From: Candidatus Latescibacterota bacterium
GTDB taxonomy: Bacteria; Latescibacterota; UBA2968; UBA8231
Direction: 5' to 3'
DNA length: 64,000 nt
NCBI GenBank assembly: GCA_965248355.1
Contig: OZ252098.1
Span: 3,968,001-4,032,000, forward strand
The position numbers were made by a program, and so were the translations under genes. The notes below the pieces were generated by a model. The model saw nothing but the letters and a program-made list of their open reading frames with translations. It was not told where the DNA came from and searched no databases. Below, piece by piece: positions 1 through 9,905 of the stretch. How positions within the stretch are numbered: position 1 is the first letter of the stretch; every line of letters starts with the position of its first letter.

Positions 1-108
1 GGGCACCGGGTACTGGCGGCTGTACTTGCGCACCAGGTCCTTGCGGACCAGGTAGCCGTCGAAGGCCTTGGCCGCGCGCTGGTCGAGTTCGTCGAGTTCC
101 AGTCTCAA
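1..108 (-). CDS. brxL: BREX Lon-like protein BrxL, 5' end (runs off window)
   Basis: Hand translation from TTG overlapping the pglZ stop: MRLELDELDQRAAKAFDGYLVRKDLVRKYSRQYPVP, resembling the BrxL N-terminus; canonical position after pglZ. Confidence 0.8.
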   Translation of the reverse strand, partial: MRLELDELDQRAAKAFDGYLVRKDLVRKYSRQYPVP

Positions 109-2438
109 TCTTCACCTCCGATGATCGTCGATTGTCGCGCAATGACGTTACCGCTGGCATCGAGGACGACGATGGCGGCCGTGCTCCCCTCGAAGTCATC
201 GTCCTCGACCAACAGGCTCGCGGCGCCATCCTCATCCACGGGGCGAGCCTCGCTCAGACTCGAGCTTGCGTCCCCTACCCGGGTTCTCAGATCGACCGAC
301 AGGCCCGGAAGGACGGGCTCGATCCGCACCCGGCAACGGAGGCGAGTCCAGGAGACATCGGTGATGCGCGTGGCAGCGGTCGCGGTGCCGGCCGTGACGC
401 GGATGACGGGCACCAGACTCTCCTGGAGGCTCAGGCCTCCGTGCGCGTACTCACGGCCGGCTTCGAAGCAGGCGATGCCGGGCGCCACCGCGACTCGCTC
501 GCTCGGGTTCCAATGCCAGCTCACCACCGGCGTCTCGACGGTGGAACCGCCCTCGATACCGGCGCAGCGCGCCCAGCGGCTGATTGTGAGATACCTGGGG
601 AGATCGACCTTGGGCAGCCCGCCCGGAAGCCACAGCCAGCCGTGGTCCGTCACCACCCGAACCTCCCGCCAGCCAGCGTCCAGAAGCATGGCGATGCGTT
701 CGCGCAGCAGGTCGATCTGTTCGTCGATCCTGGCGGCCAGCCCGGCCTGCAGCGAATGGCCCAGCTTGTCGAGCCCCCCGTGTTCCGTCCAGGCGCGGCC
801 CGACGACTCGCCTGTCTCATTCCCTTGCAGGTACTGATACCCGTTGGCAACCAGGAGCTTGCGGAACCGGTCGGGGGTCAAGGGCCGCTCGCCATCCGCC
901 GTTACCGGCCGGAACTCCTCTCCCAGGGACAGACCCGTGATGCTCGCGATCACCGGGGAGACGGCCGGCTTCGAGGTCGCCGTGACCGTGGGCAGAGCAG
1001 CCCACCGTGTCTCCACCGTCACCGAGGCGCCCTCCCCAAGCAGATGTTCGACCAGGCGCTGAGACACGTCGAAGCGGAGGCCGTCCGCGAAGAAAATCAC
1101 GGTCCCGGACTCGACCTGCGGGTCATACGATCCCTGTCGGTCGCGGATCTCAAGCGGCCGTTCCAGCTTCTGCAGATGCCGGGCCGCGGACTCCAGCCAG
1201 GGACCGTAGATCGCCTCCAGTGCCCTGGCCACCGCTTGCGTATCCGCGGAGGACTTCACTGCGGCCATGCCGCGGAGCGCCGCCGCGTCGACTTTCCAGG
1301 CCTCCTCCGCATAGAGTTCGGCCATCTGGGCAAGGGTCCCGCCGCCAAGCTCGCTCGACGTGCCGGATGCCAGCGCCGCCAGGTGCTCCAAGGCGCCCGC
1401 CAGCCGCGCCTGGCCGAGCCTCGTCCAGACCCAGGCGCGTCTCTCACCGTGCGCCTCGTCGAGCTCGATGATCCTCTCACGGGCGTCGGCTGGCGACTTG
1501 CCCCGGAGGTCCAGGAGGGCCTGCCGCAAGGCCGTTTCGTCCGCCTCGTTGTTCTGGGGCCAAGAGGCGCGTTGAGCGAACAAGTCGTCCGGCATGGCCT
1601 TGCGCAACAACCCGGGCACACCCGGGTAAAGGGCCGGGGATTCGGCGAATCGGCTCCACACCGCGGCCCAGGGACCTTCGCGCTTTCCGAGCCGCTCCGC
1701 AGCGACCAGCTCGCCGTCCCTCTCCGGGTCGAACCCGAAGTCCGGCTGGCAACGCGACCGGAAGGCATTCAACCGCGCCCCATCCCAGCGGGCCCTCACC
1801 TCCCCGGCGTCGCTCATCCAGGCAAGCAGGTCCCTGACCGGATCATCGGAGAACAGCCGGTCGAAGTCCTCCGCTTCGAGCCGCCGGCCGTGCAACGCCT
1901 GCACGGGGGTGGTGGCAAGCTCCGCGAGGGCCCGGTGCATGGCATCCCGGGTGCCCGCATCGCGGGCGACGTCGAGTCCAAGACCGCCGTCCCGGGAGGA
2001 GAGGAAGGCCTCCACGGTCCAGTCCCTGCCGTTCTTCTGCTTCCAGCAGGCACCCCGGTACTGGAGCTCGACCAGGGGCTTCAGGTGATGCGGGCAGGTC
2101 TCCGCGGCGCCCAGTTCCCCGCGGCTCACACCGGGCAGGTAGAGGACCGGCGTCGACTCGCCGGGGATCTTGGGAGACTCCAGAGTCCTCTCGATGACGC
2201 AACGCAGCCAGATCGACGGACCGCTGCGGTTCCCGGGATCGTACTCACCGAGGACCACCAGTTGCGGCATGAGGGAGAGCAGCTGCGGGATGATGGGCTG
2301 CCAGCACGCGTCGGGGTCCGTCCACAGGATGGCGGCCGGCTTTACCGCGTCGTTCGGGTTGTGGACGGCGGCGGCTTCGAGGGAGGCCCTAAGTCTCTCG
2401 ACCACGGTGGCGGTGTGTATTGCCGGAATCGCCATCAC
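105..2438 (-). CDS. pglZ: BREX-1 phosphatase PglZ (type B-like)
   Basis: 777 aa; alkaline-phosphatase-superfamily motifs FADGLRFD, LPTVTATSK, VVTDHGW, YAHGGLSLQE; BREX context. Confidence 0.9.
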   Translation of the reverse strand: MMAIPAIHTATVVERLRASLEAAAVHNPNDAVKPAAILWTDPDACWQPIIPQLLSLMPQLVVLGEYDPGNRSGPSIWLRCVIERTLESPKIPGESTPVLYLPGVSRGELGAAETCPHHLKPLVELQYRGACWKQKNGRDWTVEAFLSSRDGGLGLDVARDAGTRDAMHRALAELATTPVQALHGRRLEAEDFDRLFSDDPVRDLLAWMSDAGEVRARWDGARLNAFRSRCQPDFGFDPERDGELVAAERLGKREGPWAAVWSRFAESPALYPGVPGLLRKAMPDDLFAQRASWPQNNEADETALRQALLDLRGKSPADARERIIELDEAHGERRAWVWTRLGQARLAGALEHLAALASGTSSELGGGTLAQMAELYAEEAWKVDAAALRGMAAVKSSADTQAVARALEAIYGPWLESAARHLQKLERPLEIRDRQGSYDPQVESGTVIFFADGLRFDVSQRLVEHLLGEGASVTVETRWAALPTVTATSKPAVSPVIASITGLSLGEEFRPVTADGERPLTPDRFRKLLVANGYQYLQGNETGESSGRAWTEHGGLDKLGHSLQAGLAARIDEQIDLLRERIAMLLDAGWREVRVVTDHGWLWLPGGLPKVDLPRYLTISRWARCAGIEGGSTVETPVVSWHWNPSERVAVAPGIACFEAGREYAHGGLSLQESLVPVIRVTAGTATAATRITDVSWTRLRCRVRIEPVLPGLSVDLRTRVGDASSSLSEARPVDEDGAASLLVEDDDFEGSTAAIVVLDASGNVIARQSTIIGGED

Positions 2439-2547
2439 CCAACCCGTGAATACGGGTAGCTGTCCCTGATGTGCATGTTGAGGAATCGTCCCTTGGACGG
2501 CGCCTCCATCATCCGGTCACGCACATGGGCGGGCACACCATAGTATT

Positions 2548-4103
2548 GGGTGTAGCTTCCACTTTACGCAGATTTTCAAGAAAGGTGGGACCCCACGTCC
2601 GGGCACGAATGTATCTTTGGGTGTAAGCACTTACGCCCAAACCCGGAGAGGGGTCCCAGATGGAAGATACGAAGGATTTTCGCGCTCGCATGACGAAGTT
2701 GGAGGAAAATGTCCTCCAGTGGGAGCATCGGCTGCAATCTCCGGACGCCGGACCGGAGGACTTTCGCGAGAGGGTGAGCGAGCTGCGAGAGGCGTTGGAC
2801 GACCTCGGTCGAGTCGGTTTCCAACGGCTGGCGCAGGCGTGTGAGATCACCGACGACACCGTGGTCCACCAGGGTCGGGTCTACCGGTTCAAGCAGGTGG
2901 TTGACAAGGAGTGGATGACCCTGTGGGGCAAGGTCCGGGTGCCGCGGCGGCTGTTTCAGCAAGATCGGGGCGGCCCCAGCCGGGTGCTCTTGGATGAGCG
3001 CTGCGGCATGGTCGGCCGATTCATGGTGCCGGCCCTGGAGCGGTTCACCGCCTTCTTGGGGGCCCGCCTGGTCCCGGCCGAAGTCGAAGACAGCCTGACC
3101 GAGGTGCTGCCCGATCCCCCGTCGCGCACCGCCATACAGCATCTGTTGACCACCGTCGGGCCGTACGCCGAAGACCACGCCGAGCAGCTCGAGCTGGCCT
3201 TGCAGGATGTGGCCCCGCTGAAGGCCGAAGGCGACACCCTGGTGGTCAGTTGGGACGGCGTCACCGTGCCCCTGCGGGAGCCGGCGCCGAAACGCGGCCG
3301 GCCCGCCGAACGACCGAGGGACGCCGACCTCGACCGGGCGCCTACCGCCTGGAAAGAGGCGGGCGTGGGCATGGTCGCCACGTATCGGACGCCACTGGAT
3401 CCGGAGACGGAAGACCCCCAACGCGTCGATGTGCGCTATGCCGCGCGCATGCCGGAGGCGAAGATGGAAACCCTCGTCGATGGCTTGGTGGACCAGACGG
3501 GTCGGGCCTTGCAGCAAGGGACCTATGATCACCGGGTGGTGTTGGCCGACGGCAAGCGCGAGATCTGGCGCACCGTGGACCGGCAGCCGGTGTTCGATGG
3601 CTTCACCCGGATCCTCGACTTCTATCACGCCGCCCAACACCTGTCGAAGGCGGCCGAGCATCTCTTCGGCAAGCTGTCGGCCAAAGCCACTCGCTGGTAC
3701 CGGTCCTGGCGCCACAAACTGCGCCACGAGCCCGGGGCCGTGCAGGGCCTGATCCGCTCTCTGGCCTGTCACCGCCGCAAACTTCGAAAAGGCTCCGAAC
3801 GCCATCGTCAGGTGACCACCGAGATGGGCTACTTCCGGAACAACCGCGACAAAATGGACTATGCGCGCTATCACGCGGCGGGGCTGATCCTCTCCAGCGG
3901 CCCCGTGGAGGCCGCCGCCAAAACCCTGGTCGGCCATCGACTCAAACGCAGCGGCATGCGCTGGACCCGCCAAGGAGGCCAGCAGATCCTCAATCTACGA
4001 GCCCAAGTGCAATCCAACCGATGGGAGGCCTTCTGGAACTGGTACCTGAACCAGACGACCCACCAAACCCACAAGAGGGCTGCGTAAAACCGAGGCTACA
4101 CCC
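2548..4103 (+). mobile_element. ISKra4/ISLre2-like (Mutator-type) insertion sequence, 1556 bp
   Basis: 24-bp imperfect IRs GGGTGTAGCTTCCACTTTACGCAG (2548-2571) / CTGCGTAAAACCGAGGCTACACCC (4080-4103); 8-bp TSD ATAGTATT at 2540-2547 and 4104-4111. Confidence 0.92.
2660..4087 (+). CDS. DDE transposase, ISKra4/ISLre2-like
   Basis: 475 aa; WDG, WKE, LADG, ILDFYHA, SGPVEAAAK, RLKRSGMRW motifs; stop codon lies inside the right IR. Confidence 0.88.
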   Translation: MEDTKDFRARMTKLEENVLQWEHRLQSPDAGPEDFRERVSELREALDDLGRVGFQRLAQACEITDDTVVHQGRVYRFKQVVDKEWMTLWGKVRVPRRLFQQDRGGPSRVLLDERCGMVGRFMVPALERFTAFLGARLVPAEVEDSLTEVLPDPPSRTAIQHLLTTVGPYAEDHAEQLELALQDVAPLKAEGDTLVVSWDGVTVPLREPAPKRGRPAERPRDADLDRAPTAWKEAGVGMVATYRTPLDPETEDPQRVDVRYAARMPEAKMETLVDGLVDQTGRALQQGTYDHRVVLADGKREIWRTVDRQPVFDGFTRILDFYHAAQHLSKAAEHLFGKLSAKATRWYRSWRHKLRHEPGAVQGLIRSLACHRRKLRKGSERHRQVTTEMGYFRNNRDKMDYARYHAAGLILSSGPVEAAAKTLVGHRLKRSGMRWTRQGGQQILNLRAQVQSNRWEAFWNWYLNQTTHQTHKRAA

Positions 4104-4215
4104 ATAGTATTGGTAGACCCAGCCGCTCAGGAATTCGACCTCGAGGGTTTGCGTCTCTGCGTCGTAGCCAATCGACCTTACCATCGTGGATGAAACAGGG
4201 TATTTGTCCACGGTT

Positions 4216-5484
4216 CTACTCAGTCACCTCCGGAGCAGCCGCGTAGATGGTGAGCAGAAGCTCGGCGTCGCCGATCATCCGGTAGGTCGGTGTCTTTCCC
4301 GAGAGACGCTCGCTGTTGTCGAGGATTACTCGCACCCCTTCGCCACGGCGGTCCATCAGAGTTGCGCGGTCGGTGGTCAGCCAAGAGTGGTCGGGTACCG
4401 GGCTTCGCGCCAGCAGACTGGCAACAGTCTCGTTGCGGGACGACTGAATGTGCACCAGATCGTCGACGCCCATCGAATTGGGGATCGACCCCGGCGAGTA
4501 GATCTCCAGCCGGTCATCGAAGAGCCGCAAGCGGATTTTGGACCCGTGGATGGAGTAGTCCCGGTGCGCGACGGCATTGACCACCGCTTCGAACACGGCC
4601 GCCATGTCGAACTGCGGTCGGTCCACCCGTCCCATGTTCTTGAAGGCCGCGGTCTTCATATTCTTGGCGACGAAGCGGCAGGCGTTCTCGACTTGCGCAT
4701 CCAGCGGTCCGGCCACGTCTTCGGCGTCGAGTTGGTAGGGATCGCCCGATCCCACGCGGACTTCGGTGCCGCGGTAGGCAACGGCCTGAACGTAGGCACT
4801 GGGCAGCCACTCCCGAGGGTCCGTCGCAGCAAGGAGAATGCCCGAAACGGTCGGCTTGAGGTTGCCCCGTTCATCGGTTCGCGCCAGGTGCAGGTTTGAC
4901 AGGAAGCGGGAAGACTCCGTTGCCGACCGGGGGGTTCTGAACCGCTCGACCAGGTCATCCTGCAGGTCGTCGAGCGAGGCCTCGGCCACGACCTCCTCGT
5001 CGAAACGCACCAGACCGGTTCGGGAACGCTGCGCCAGCAGGCGCGCGAGATACTCGGTGGACATGGGCCGCTTCTCGCTCCCGACCCGGAGCAGGTATCC
5101 GCCGGGGCTGCGATGAACGAACAGGCTGGGCGCAACGTCGATCTTGATTGCCGGAACCTCGTCCCCCGTCGCGGTTGGCAGCTCAAGGCGCTCGATGATG
5201 GGCGCAACGGAGGGGTCGATCGAGTCCCGGCAGATCTCGCGCACGAACAATTCCGCCGCGTCGAGACCCTCGGCCGGGATGCCCAGGACCTCGCGGGGCT
5301 TGTCCTGGACGCCCAAGACGATCACGCCGCCGTGGCTGTTGGCAAAAGCAGCGATTTCGTCCGCAAGCGAGTCGCGACGCGGCTCCTTGACCTGTCTGCC
5401 TGCCAAGCGCACTTCCTTCAACTCCAGATAGGAGTCCTCGCCCAGGCGGATCTTGTCGAGAAGTTCGCGCTTGCTATCGAACAT
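4216..5484 (-). CDS. AlbA_2 (Schlafen-like) domain plus RecG-C/HATPase_c_4-type ATP-binding protein
   Basis: Likely start MFDSKREL; GEDSYLELKE, AAFANSHGGVIVLGV, EAVVNAVAHRDY, DRLEIYSPG, RNETVA motifs. Confidence 0.8.
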   Translation of the reverse strand: MFDSKRELLDKIRLGEDSYLELKEVRLAGRQVKEPRRDSLADEIAAFANSHGGVIVLGVQDKPREVLGIPAEGLDAAELFVREICRDSIDPSVAPIIERLELPTATGDEVPAIKIDVAPSLFVHRSPGGYLLRVGSEKRPMSTEYLARLLAQRSRTGLVRFDEEVVAEASLDDLQDDLVERFRTPRSATESSRFLSNLHLARTDERGNLKPTVSGILLAATDPREWLPSAYVQAVAYRGTEVRVGSGDPYQLDAEDVAGPLDAQVENACRFVAKNMKTAAFKNMGRVDRPQFDMAAVFEAVVNAVAHRDYSIHGSKIRLRLFDDRLEIYSPGSIPNSMGVDDLVHIQSSRNETVASLLARSPVPDHSWLTTDRATLMDRRGEGVRVILDNSERLSGKTPTYRMIGDAELLLTIYAAAPEVTE

Positions 5485-8299
5485 CGGCCCGCCCCTGTCC
5501 GAGGCGGCGGTAGCGACGCTCGAAAGCCTCCCGCCCTCCTTCCATGATGCGGCAGACTTCCTCGCGCATGGCCGATTCCTGCAACGAACCACGTTGCGTG
5601 ACCACACACTGGCCGTTGCAGAAGTCGAGGGCGTGCAGCATTTCGGCGTCGCCGTTGACGACGACGTTGGGATTGTGGGTGACCACGACGATCTGTCGGC
5701 GGCGCTTGTTCTCCCGCATCTGCCGCACCACCAGGTCGTAGATCAGGTGGTTGTCGAGGTCGTCTTCGGGCTGGTCCAGCACCAGGGGTTCGTCGCCGTG
5801 GGCCAGCAGAAAGGCGAGCATGGCGGCCGCGCGTTGTCCCGCCGAAGCCTGGCTGATGGGGCGAAAGCCGGTGCCGTCGCCCGTGGGGCTGTACTCCACC
5901 CGCAAGCCGTCTTCAGGGAACCACGCGAGCAGGCCGTCCAGCAGGGCGGGCGAGCGTTTGGTCTCGCGCTCGAGGTAGTTGCTGAAGGCACCCCCGAAAC
6001 GGCCGTTACCTCCCGCGCTTGCCGTCTGGACACGTTCCTTCCATTGCGCGATGCGCTGTTCCATCTCCCGACCGTGCTCGTCGGCGGACTCTGGAAGGTC
6101 TGCCAGCAAGTCCACGACACTCCCCCTGGGACTGCCCCCATCGTCCGTCAGGATGTCACTTTGAAAGCGGTTGTCGATCACGTTGAGGACATCCCGCATG
6201 GAGCGCTCAACGACGCGGGCCTCGTCGCCATATGGCCGTATCGAGATGCGCACGAAGCGGTTCCCGGCAAGAGCTTGGGCGAGAAATGCCGCGCGTGCGG
6301 CAGTCACGGCGCGGCGGCAGTCGAGGACGCGATCCAGGCTCTCGCGAGCATGCGCGGCCAGCCGATCACGCTCTTCCGCCAAGGAGTCCAGATCGGCCAG
6401 TTCCCCGTCGAGCCGCTGGCGATCCTGGGTCAGGCGGCCGTATTCGCTCGGATCTGCGACGCCCTCGGCCTGAAGGTCGCGAACGAGCGCGTCGTAGTCG
6501 TCCTCGGCCTGCCGGGCCGCGGATGTCCAAGTGCTGTCTGCGAGTGCCCGGCGCTGCGCAGCCAGCGCCTCACTCAGACGTGCGGCCGCCCTGGGCAAGT
6601 CCTGGCGGGCGGCTTCGACCGAAGAGGCCAGGTCAGCAATGATCGCCGCGGCGGCCGCATCCTCCGGTGAGTCGTCGAAGGTCCCTGCCGGCAGATCCTC
6701 GGGCAGCAATTCCTCGGCGCGGGCTTCGATTCGCCCGGCGATCTCCTCGGCCGTCTCGAACTGCCGCTCGAGCTCGCGGCGCTGTCTACGCCGGCGCTGG
6801 TAGGTCGCAAGAACGGCCTGATGGCCTGCCTCCTCGAAGCGGCTGAGCTTGCGGTGGGTGTCCTGCCGTTCCACCTCCAGACCGTCCCGGGCCTGCAACT
6901 GCGTCTCGAGTTCCCGCACCCGCGCCCGCAGCGTCTGGAAGGCGTTGACGGCTTCGGCAAGCTTCCGCTTCGGCCCGTTCGTATCTGCGGCATCGTCGAT
7001 CACGCCGAGCAGCGCCTGCTGGTTGTCGCCGGCCAGTTCGGCGATCTGCCCCTGGTTGAAGATGCGCAAGGGAAAGCGTTGGCTGTTTACGCTCTGTACC
7101 GGCGACTCCTGCCAGGCGGCGCCGGCCTCCTCCTCCACGACAACACCCTTGGCCTCCTGGCGCCAATGGACGCGATGCCGCACTTCGTCTCGGACCACAG
7201 TCCACGTGATCGCGGTCGAGGCCCGCAGGCCGCCGTCCTCACTCCGTTGCGAAGGCAGGCGGTCGAAACGCTCGAAGGTCCGCCGCACCGGACTGTGGGT
7301 GTCGAGACGGGTCAAGTCCGTGTGGCGCCTCGATGCGAGCCTGAGAGCATGGACCACCGTGGACTTTCCGGTTCCCCGCCCGCCGACCAGGGCGTTGAGC
7401 CAGGGGCTGAACTCGATCCGGGCGGGTTCGCCGCGCCCCATGAAGCGGGCATCGCTGATCTCGATGGATTCGATGTAATGAGTCGGCAGCCTGTTCGGAT
7501 CGAAGGGGTCAGGATCGTCGCTGCGCCGGATGGAAAAGCCGGGTCCGTCGAGCAGAGCCAGACGCAGTCCTTCCAAGGAGGGCACGGACATCTTCACCCA
7601 AGTGGAGTGCGAGCCGGGGGTCCGCTTTCCCGACGCAAGAGCCGGGTGATGAGAATCCGATCCGAGCACCTCGGCCCATGCGAGCTTGCGCTGCCGGTAG
7701 AGTTCGGGCGGGTCCGACGCCGGATCGACCACCTCCATGGCAAACAGGGCGGAGCAATCGAGCAGGGGGCCGAGGCTGCTTCCGGGCAACCCCCAGGCCC
7801 CTGAGGGGCCGTCTGCGTGTGCGGGTATCGCGATGGCTCCGTTCTCCGCGATGGCCTTCACTACTTCAATGACCGACGCATCGGCGGCCCGGTCGCCTTG
7901 CCCGCGCACACCCTTGTATCGGACCGCTCCGAGGAGCGCGTTGATGTCCGCGGATCCCTTCGCCGTATCGAAGAGGGCGAGCAGGTGAATGCCGGCGTTG
8001 GCGGTGATCTCGACGCCGGGGAAGAGATGCAGCGGACAATAGTCGGGGTGGTCCTGGAGTCCTTTCAGCGCCTCTTTCAGCTTGTCGATCCACTCGCCGG
8101 AGTTATGGTCCGTAACCGCCACGCAGTCCACCTCGGCCCGCATGAAGCCGAGCAGCCAGTCTTCCGGTGTGATCTGCCGCAGGGAATCCTGGTTTTCCCC
8201 CTTGCCGTAGTCCGCAGATGCGGGCGTATGGGTGTGGAAATCGAACTTCCACCACCGTGCCCCAGGGTAGGGCCACTCATGTTCTGTGCTGATGGTCAT
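5474..8299 (-). CDS. PHP-domain / SMC-like ABC ATPase fusion (Ppl/TrlF-like defence protein)
   Basis: 941 aa; PHP motifs DFHTHT, TDHN, GVEI, AH, SDSH; Walker A GGRGTGKST; long coiled coil; SAGQ signature; Walker B LDQPEDDLD; THN. Confidence 0.85.
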   Translation of the reverse strand: MTISTEHEWPYPGARWWKFDFHTHTPASADYGKGENQDSLRQITPEDWLLGFMRAEVDCVAVTDHNSGEWIDKLKEALKGLQDHPDYCPLHLFPGVEITANAGIHLLALFDTAKGSADINALLGAVRYKGVRGQGDRAADASVIEVVKAIAENGAIAIPAHADGPSGAWGLPGSSLGPLLDCSALFAMEVVDPASDPPELYRQRKLAWAEVLGSDSHHPALASGKRTPGSHSTWVKMSVPSLEGLRLALLDGPGFSIRRSDDPDPFDPNRLPTHYIESIEISDARFMGRGEPARIEFSPWLNALVGGRGTGKSTVVHALRLASRRHTDLTRLDTHSPVRRTFERFDRLPSQRSEDGGLRASTAITWTVVRDEVRHRVHWRQEAKGVVVEEEAGAAWQESPVQSVNSQRFPLRIFNQGQIAELAGDNQQALLGVIDDAADTNGPKRKLAEAVNAFQTLRARVRELETQLQARDGLEVERQDTHRKLSRFEEAGHQAVLATYQRRRRQRRELERQFETAEEIAGRIEARAEELLPEDLPAGTFDDSPEDAAAAAIIADLASSVEAARQDLPRAAARLSEALAAQRRALADSTWTSAARQAEDDYDALVRDLQAEGVADPSEYGRLTQDRQRLDGELADLDSLAEERDRLAAHARESLDRVLDCRRAVTAARAAFLAQALAGNRFVRISIRPYGDEARVVERSMRDVLNVIDNRFQSDILTDDGGSPRGSVVDLLADLPESADEHGREMEQRIAQWKERVQTASAGGNGRFGGAFSNYLERETKRSPALLDGLLAWFPEDGLRVEYSPTGDGTGFRPISQASAGQRAAAMLAFLLAHGDEPLVLDQPEDDLDNHLIYDLVVRQMRENKRRRQIVVVTHNPNVVVNGDAEMLHALDFCNGQCVVTQRGSLQESAMREEVCRIMEGGREAFERRYRRLGQGRADVR

Positions 8300-8426
8300 G
8301 GCTGCTTTGCCTCTGATTGGTTCCGGCGCGTCTGCTCTCGGCCTGATTTCATGTGGACCACCCTACGCCCTCATCCCGTGAAACTTGCCGGCAATCCAGA
8401 AGGTAATTGTGCGCACGATTCGGGGC

Positions 8427-9905
8427 TCATTTCGCACGATTCCCGGGCATGTCGAGGGACGGCTCGGGGAGGTATCGGGCACCCCTGCCCTTGCCCTCCA
8501 TGCGAAGGAAGCCGCCCTCGACGAGGCGGCGCAGCTCGCGGGCGGCGGCATAGCGGCTGACCGCGAAGATCCTGCGGTAGTCGGCGTTGCTCAGGCTCGG
8601 GTGCCGGAGGAAATGCTCGCGCAGGCCCGCTGACCGAGAGCTGGCGAATTCGGCGATTCCGGGGGCTGCATCCGGCCCCGCGGCAACCGGCTCGTTGTAG
8701 AGACGGACGGAGAACACGCCGTCCTCCATCTCGACCTCCGGCTCCCGCAGGAAGCTCTCCTCCATCTCTTCGAAGATCCGCGCGACGCCCTCTCCCTCGT
8801 CGCGCATGACCCCGGCATCGGCCAGCACCCGCACGATGAGGGGATTGCGGGTGGCGTGGGCAGGAAGGCGCTCCCGAAGCTTGGCGAGGGTCACGGGGGG
8901 TAGCAGATCGCCGGGGCTCGACACCTCCATTCGGTCTTCGTAGAACCAGGCTTCCACTTCGCGGCCCTGATACTCGTAGTCCCGGTGGGCGAAGGCATTG
9001 ACGATAGCCTCCTGCCAGGCGAAGTCGGGGTATTCGGGGACCTCTTCGAAAAAGAGGCCGTTGAGCTTTTCGGAGCGGTGGACCTGCTGGCCGGCGAGCC
9101 TGTGGGCTTCGGCAATCGCCCTCGCGAGCGGTGGGTCGGCGCGGCCGACCTGCGTTACGTTTCTTCGCCGGCCATGCTGACGGCTCGTCCCGGCGACCCG
9201 AAACAGCCGCAGACCCGCGCGCGGATGCCACCGGAGCGCGGGCGCCCTGGCGAACAGCAGGAGCGCGGCGTTGGTGACCCGCCACTCCTGCGCGGCCTGC
9301 TCGATCAGGCCGTAGTAGCTGAGTGCCTCCGTGACCGGGCGCGCTCCGAAAGGGGTGCGGTCCAGGAATTCCCGGGCAAGTTCCAGGTCGAGGTCGTCCA
9401 GGGTCGCGTCCGCGCGGTAGCGTTGCTCGTAACCGACTCGGCGGTAGACCTGCTTGCGTTCGTTGATGACTTCCTGCGGCTCTCGCGTCACGTGGTCGCC
9501 GACGCGATACGGGAAGCCGTTGCCGTCGATCATGACCGCTTCGGGAGCGATCGGCACGCTGAACACGAGCACTTCGATTCCGGCGATGCTCAGCCGGCCG
9601 CTGCGGCATGAAACCGGCGGCCTCAGCCGCTTCCGCGGAACAGAAACAAACTCCTCGATCACGTCGTCAGGATAGTCGCAGCCCGTCGGCGTTCCGTCGT
9701 CTTCGACACCGATCAGGAGCAGGCCGCCGTCGGCATTGGCGAAGGCCGCGACCGACTCGGCGATGGTGTCCCGAACCGCCCGGCGCCTGACCTGCTTCGG
9801 CGTGTCGCCGCTCCGGTCCCAGGCCGACTTGAACTCCAGGAACTGCCCCTCGTCGCGGGAGACCAGGTCGCGAAGCTCCCCTTCGGTGAGTATCGGCGTC
9901 TTCAT
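8427..9905 (-). CDS. AlbA_2 (Schlafen-like) plus HATPase_c_4-type domain plus C-terminal wHTH protein
   Basis: 492 aa; EGQFLEFKS, AAFANADGGLLLIGV, EAIVNAFAHRDY, TRNPLI; C-terminal SNADYRR..A.REL..LV..G..G.G HTH; ATGA overlap with the pglX stop. Confidence 0.82.
   Translation of the reverse strand: MKTPILTEGELRDLVSRDEGQFLEFKSAWDRSGDTPKQVRRRAVRDTIAESVAAFANADGGLLLIGVEDDGTPTGCDYPDDVIEEFVSVPRKRLRPPVSCRSGRLSIAGIEVLVFSVPIAPEAVMIDGNGFPYRVGDHVTREPQEVINERKQVYRRVGYEQRYRADATLDDLDLELAREFLDRTPFGARPVTEALSYYGLIEQAAQEWRVTNAALLLFARAPALRWHPRAGLRLFRVAGTSRQHGRRRNVTQVGRADPPLARAIAEAHRLAGQQVHRSEKLNGLFFEEVPEYPDFAWQEAIVNAFAHRDYEYQGREVEAWFYEDRMEVSSPGDLLPPVTLAKLRERLPAHATRNPLIVRVLADAGVMRDEGEGVARIFEEMEESFLREPEVEMEDGVFSVRLYNEPVAAGPDAAPGIAEFASSRSAGLREHFLRHPSLSNADYRRIFAVSRYAAARELRRLVEGGFLRMEGKGRGARYLPEPSLDMPGNRAK

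Larger units (their letters stand above)
2435..4211 (-). pseudogene. KTSC-domain gene split by IS insertion
   Basis: Removing IS 2548-4103 plus one TSD restores 70 aa MDKYPVSSTMVRSIGYDAETQTLEVEFLSGWVYQYYGVPAHVRDRMMEAPSKGRFLNMHIRDSYPYSRVG*, whose stop overlaps the pglZ start. Confidence 0.9.

Noticed and set aside
132..2459. Long antisense ORFs such as 132-2459, 18526-20400, 46103-48961 and 60195-62516
   Set aside because: Mirror frames of pglZ, brxC, acnA and res with no motifs of their own
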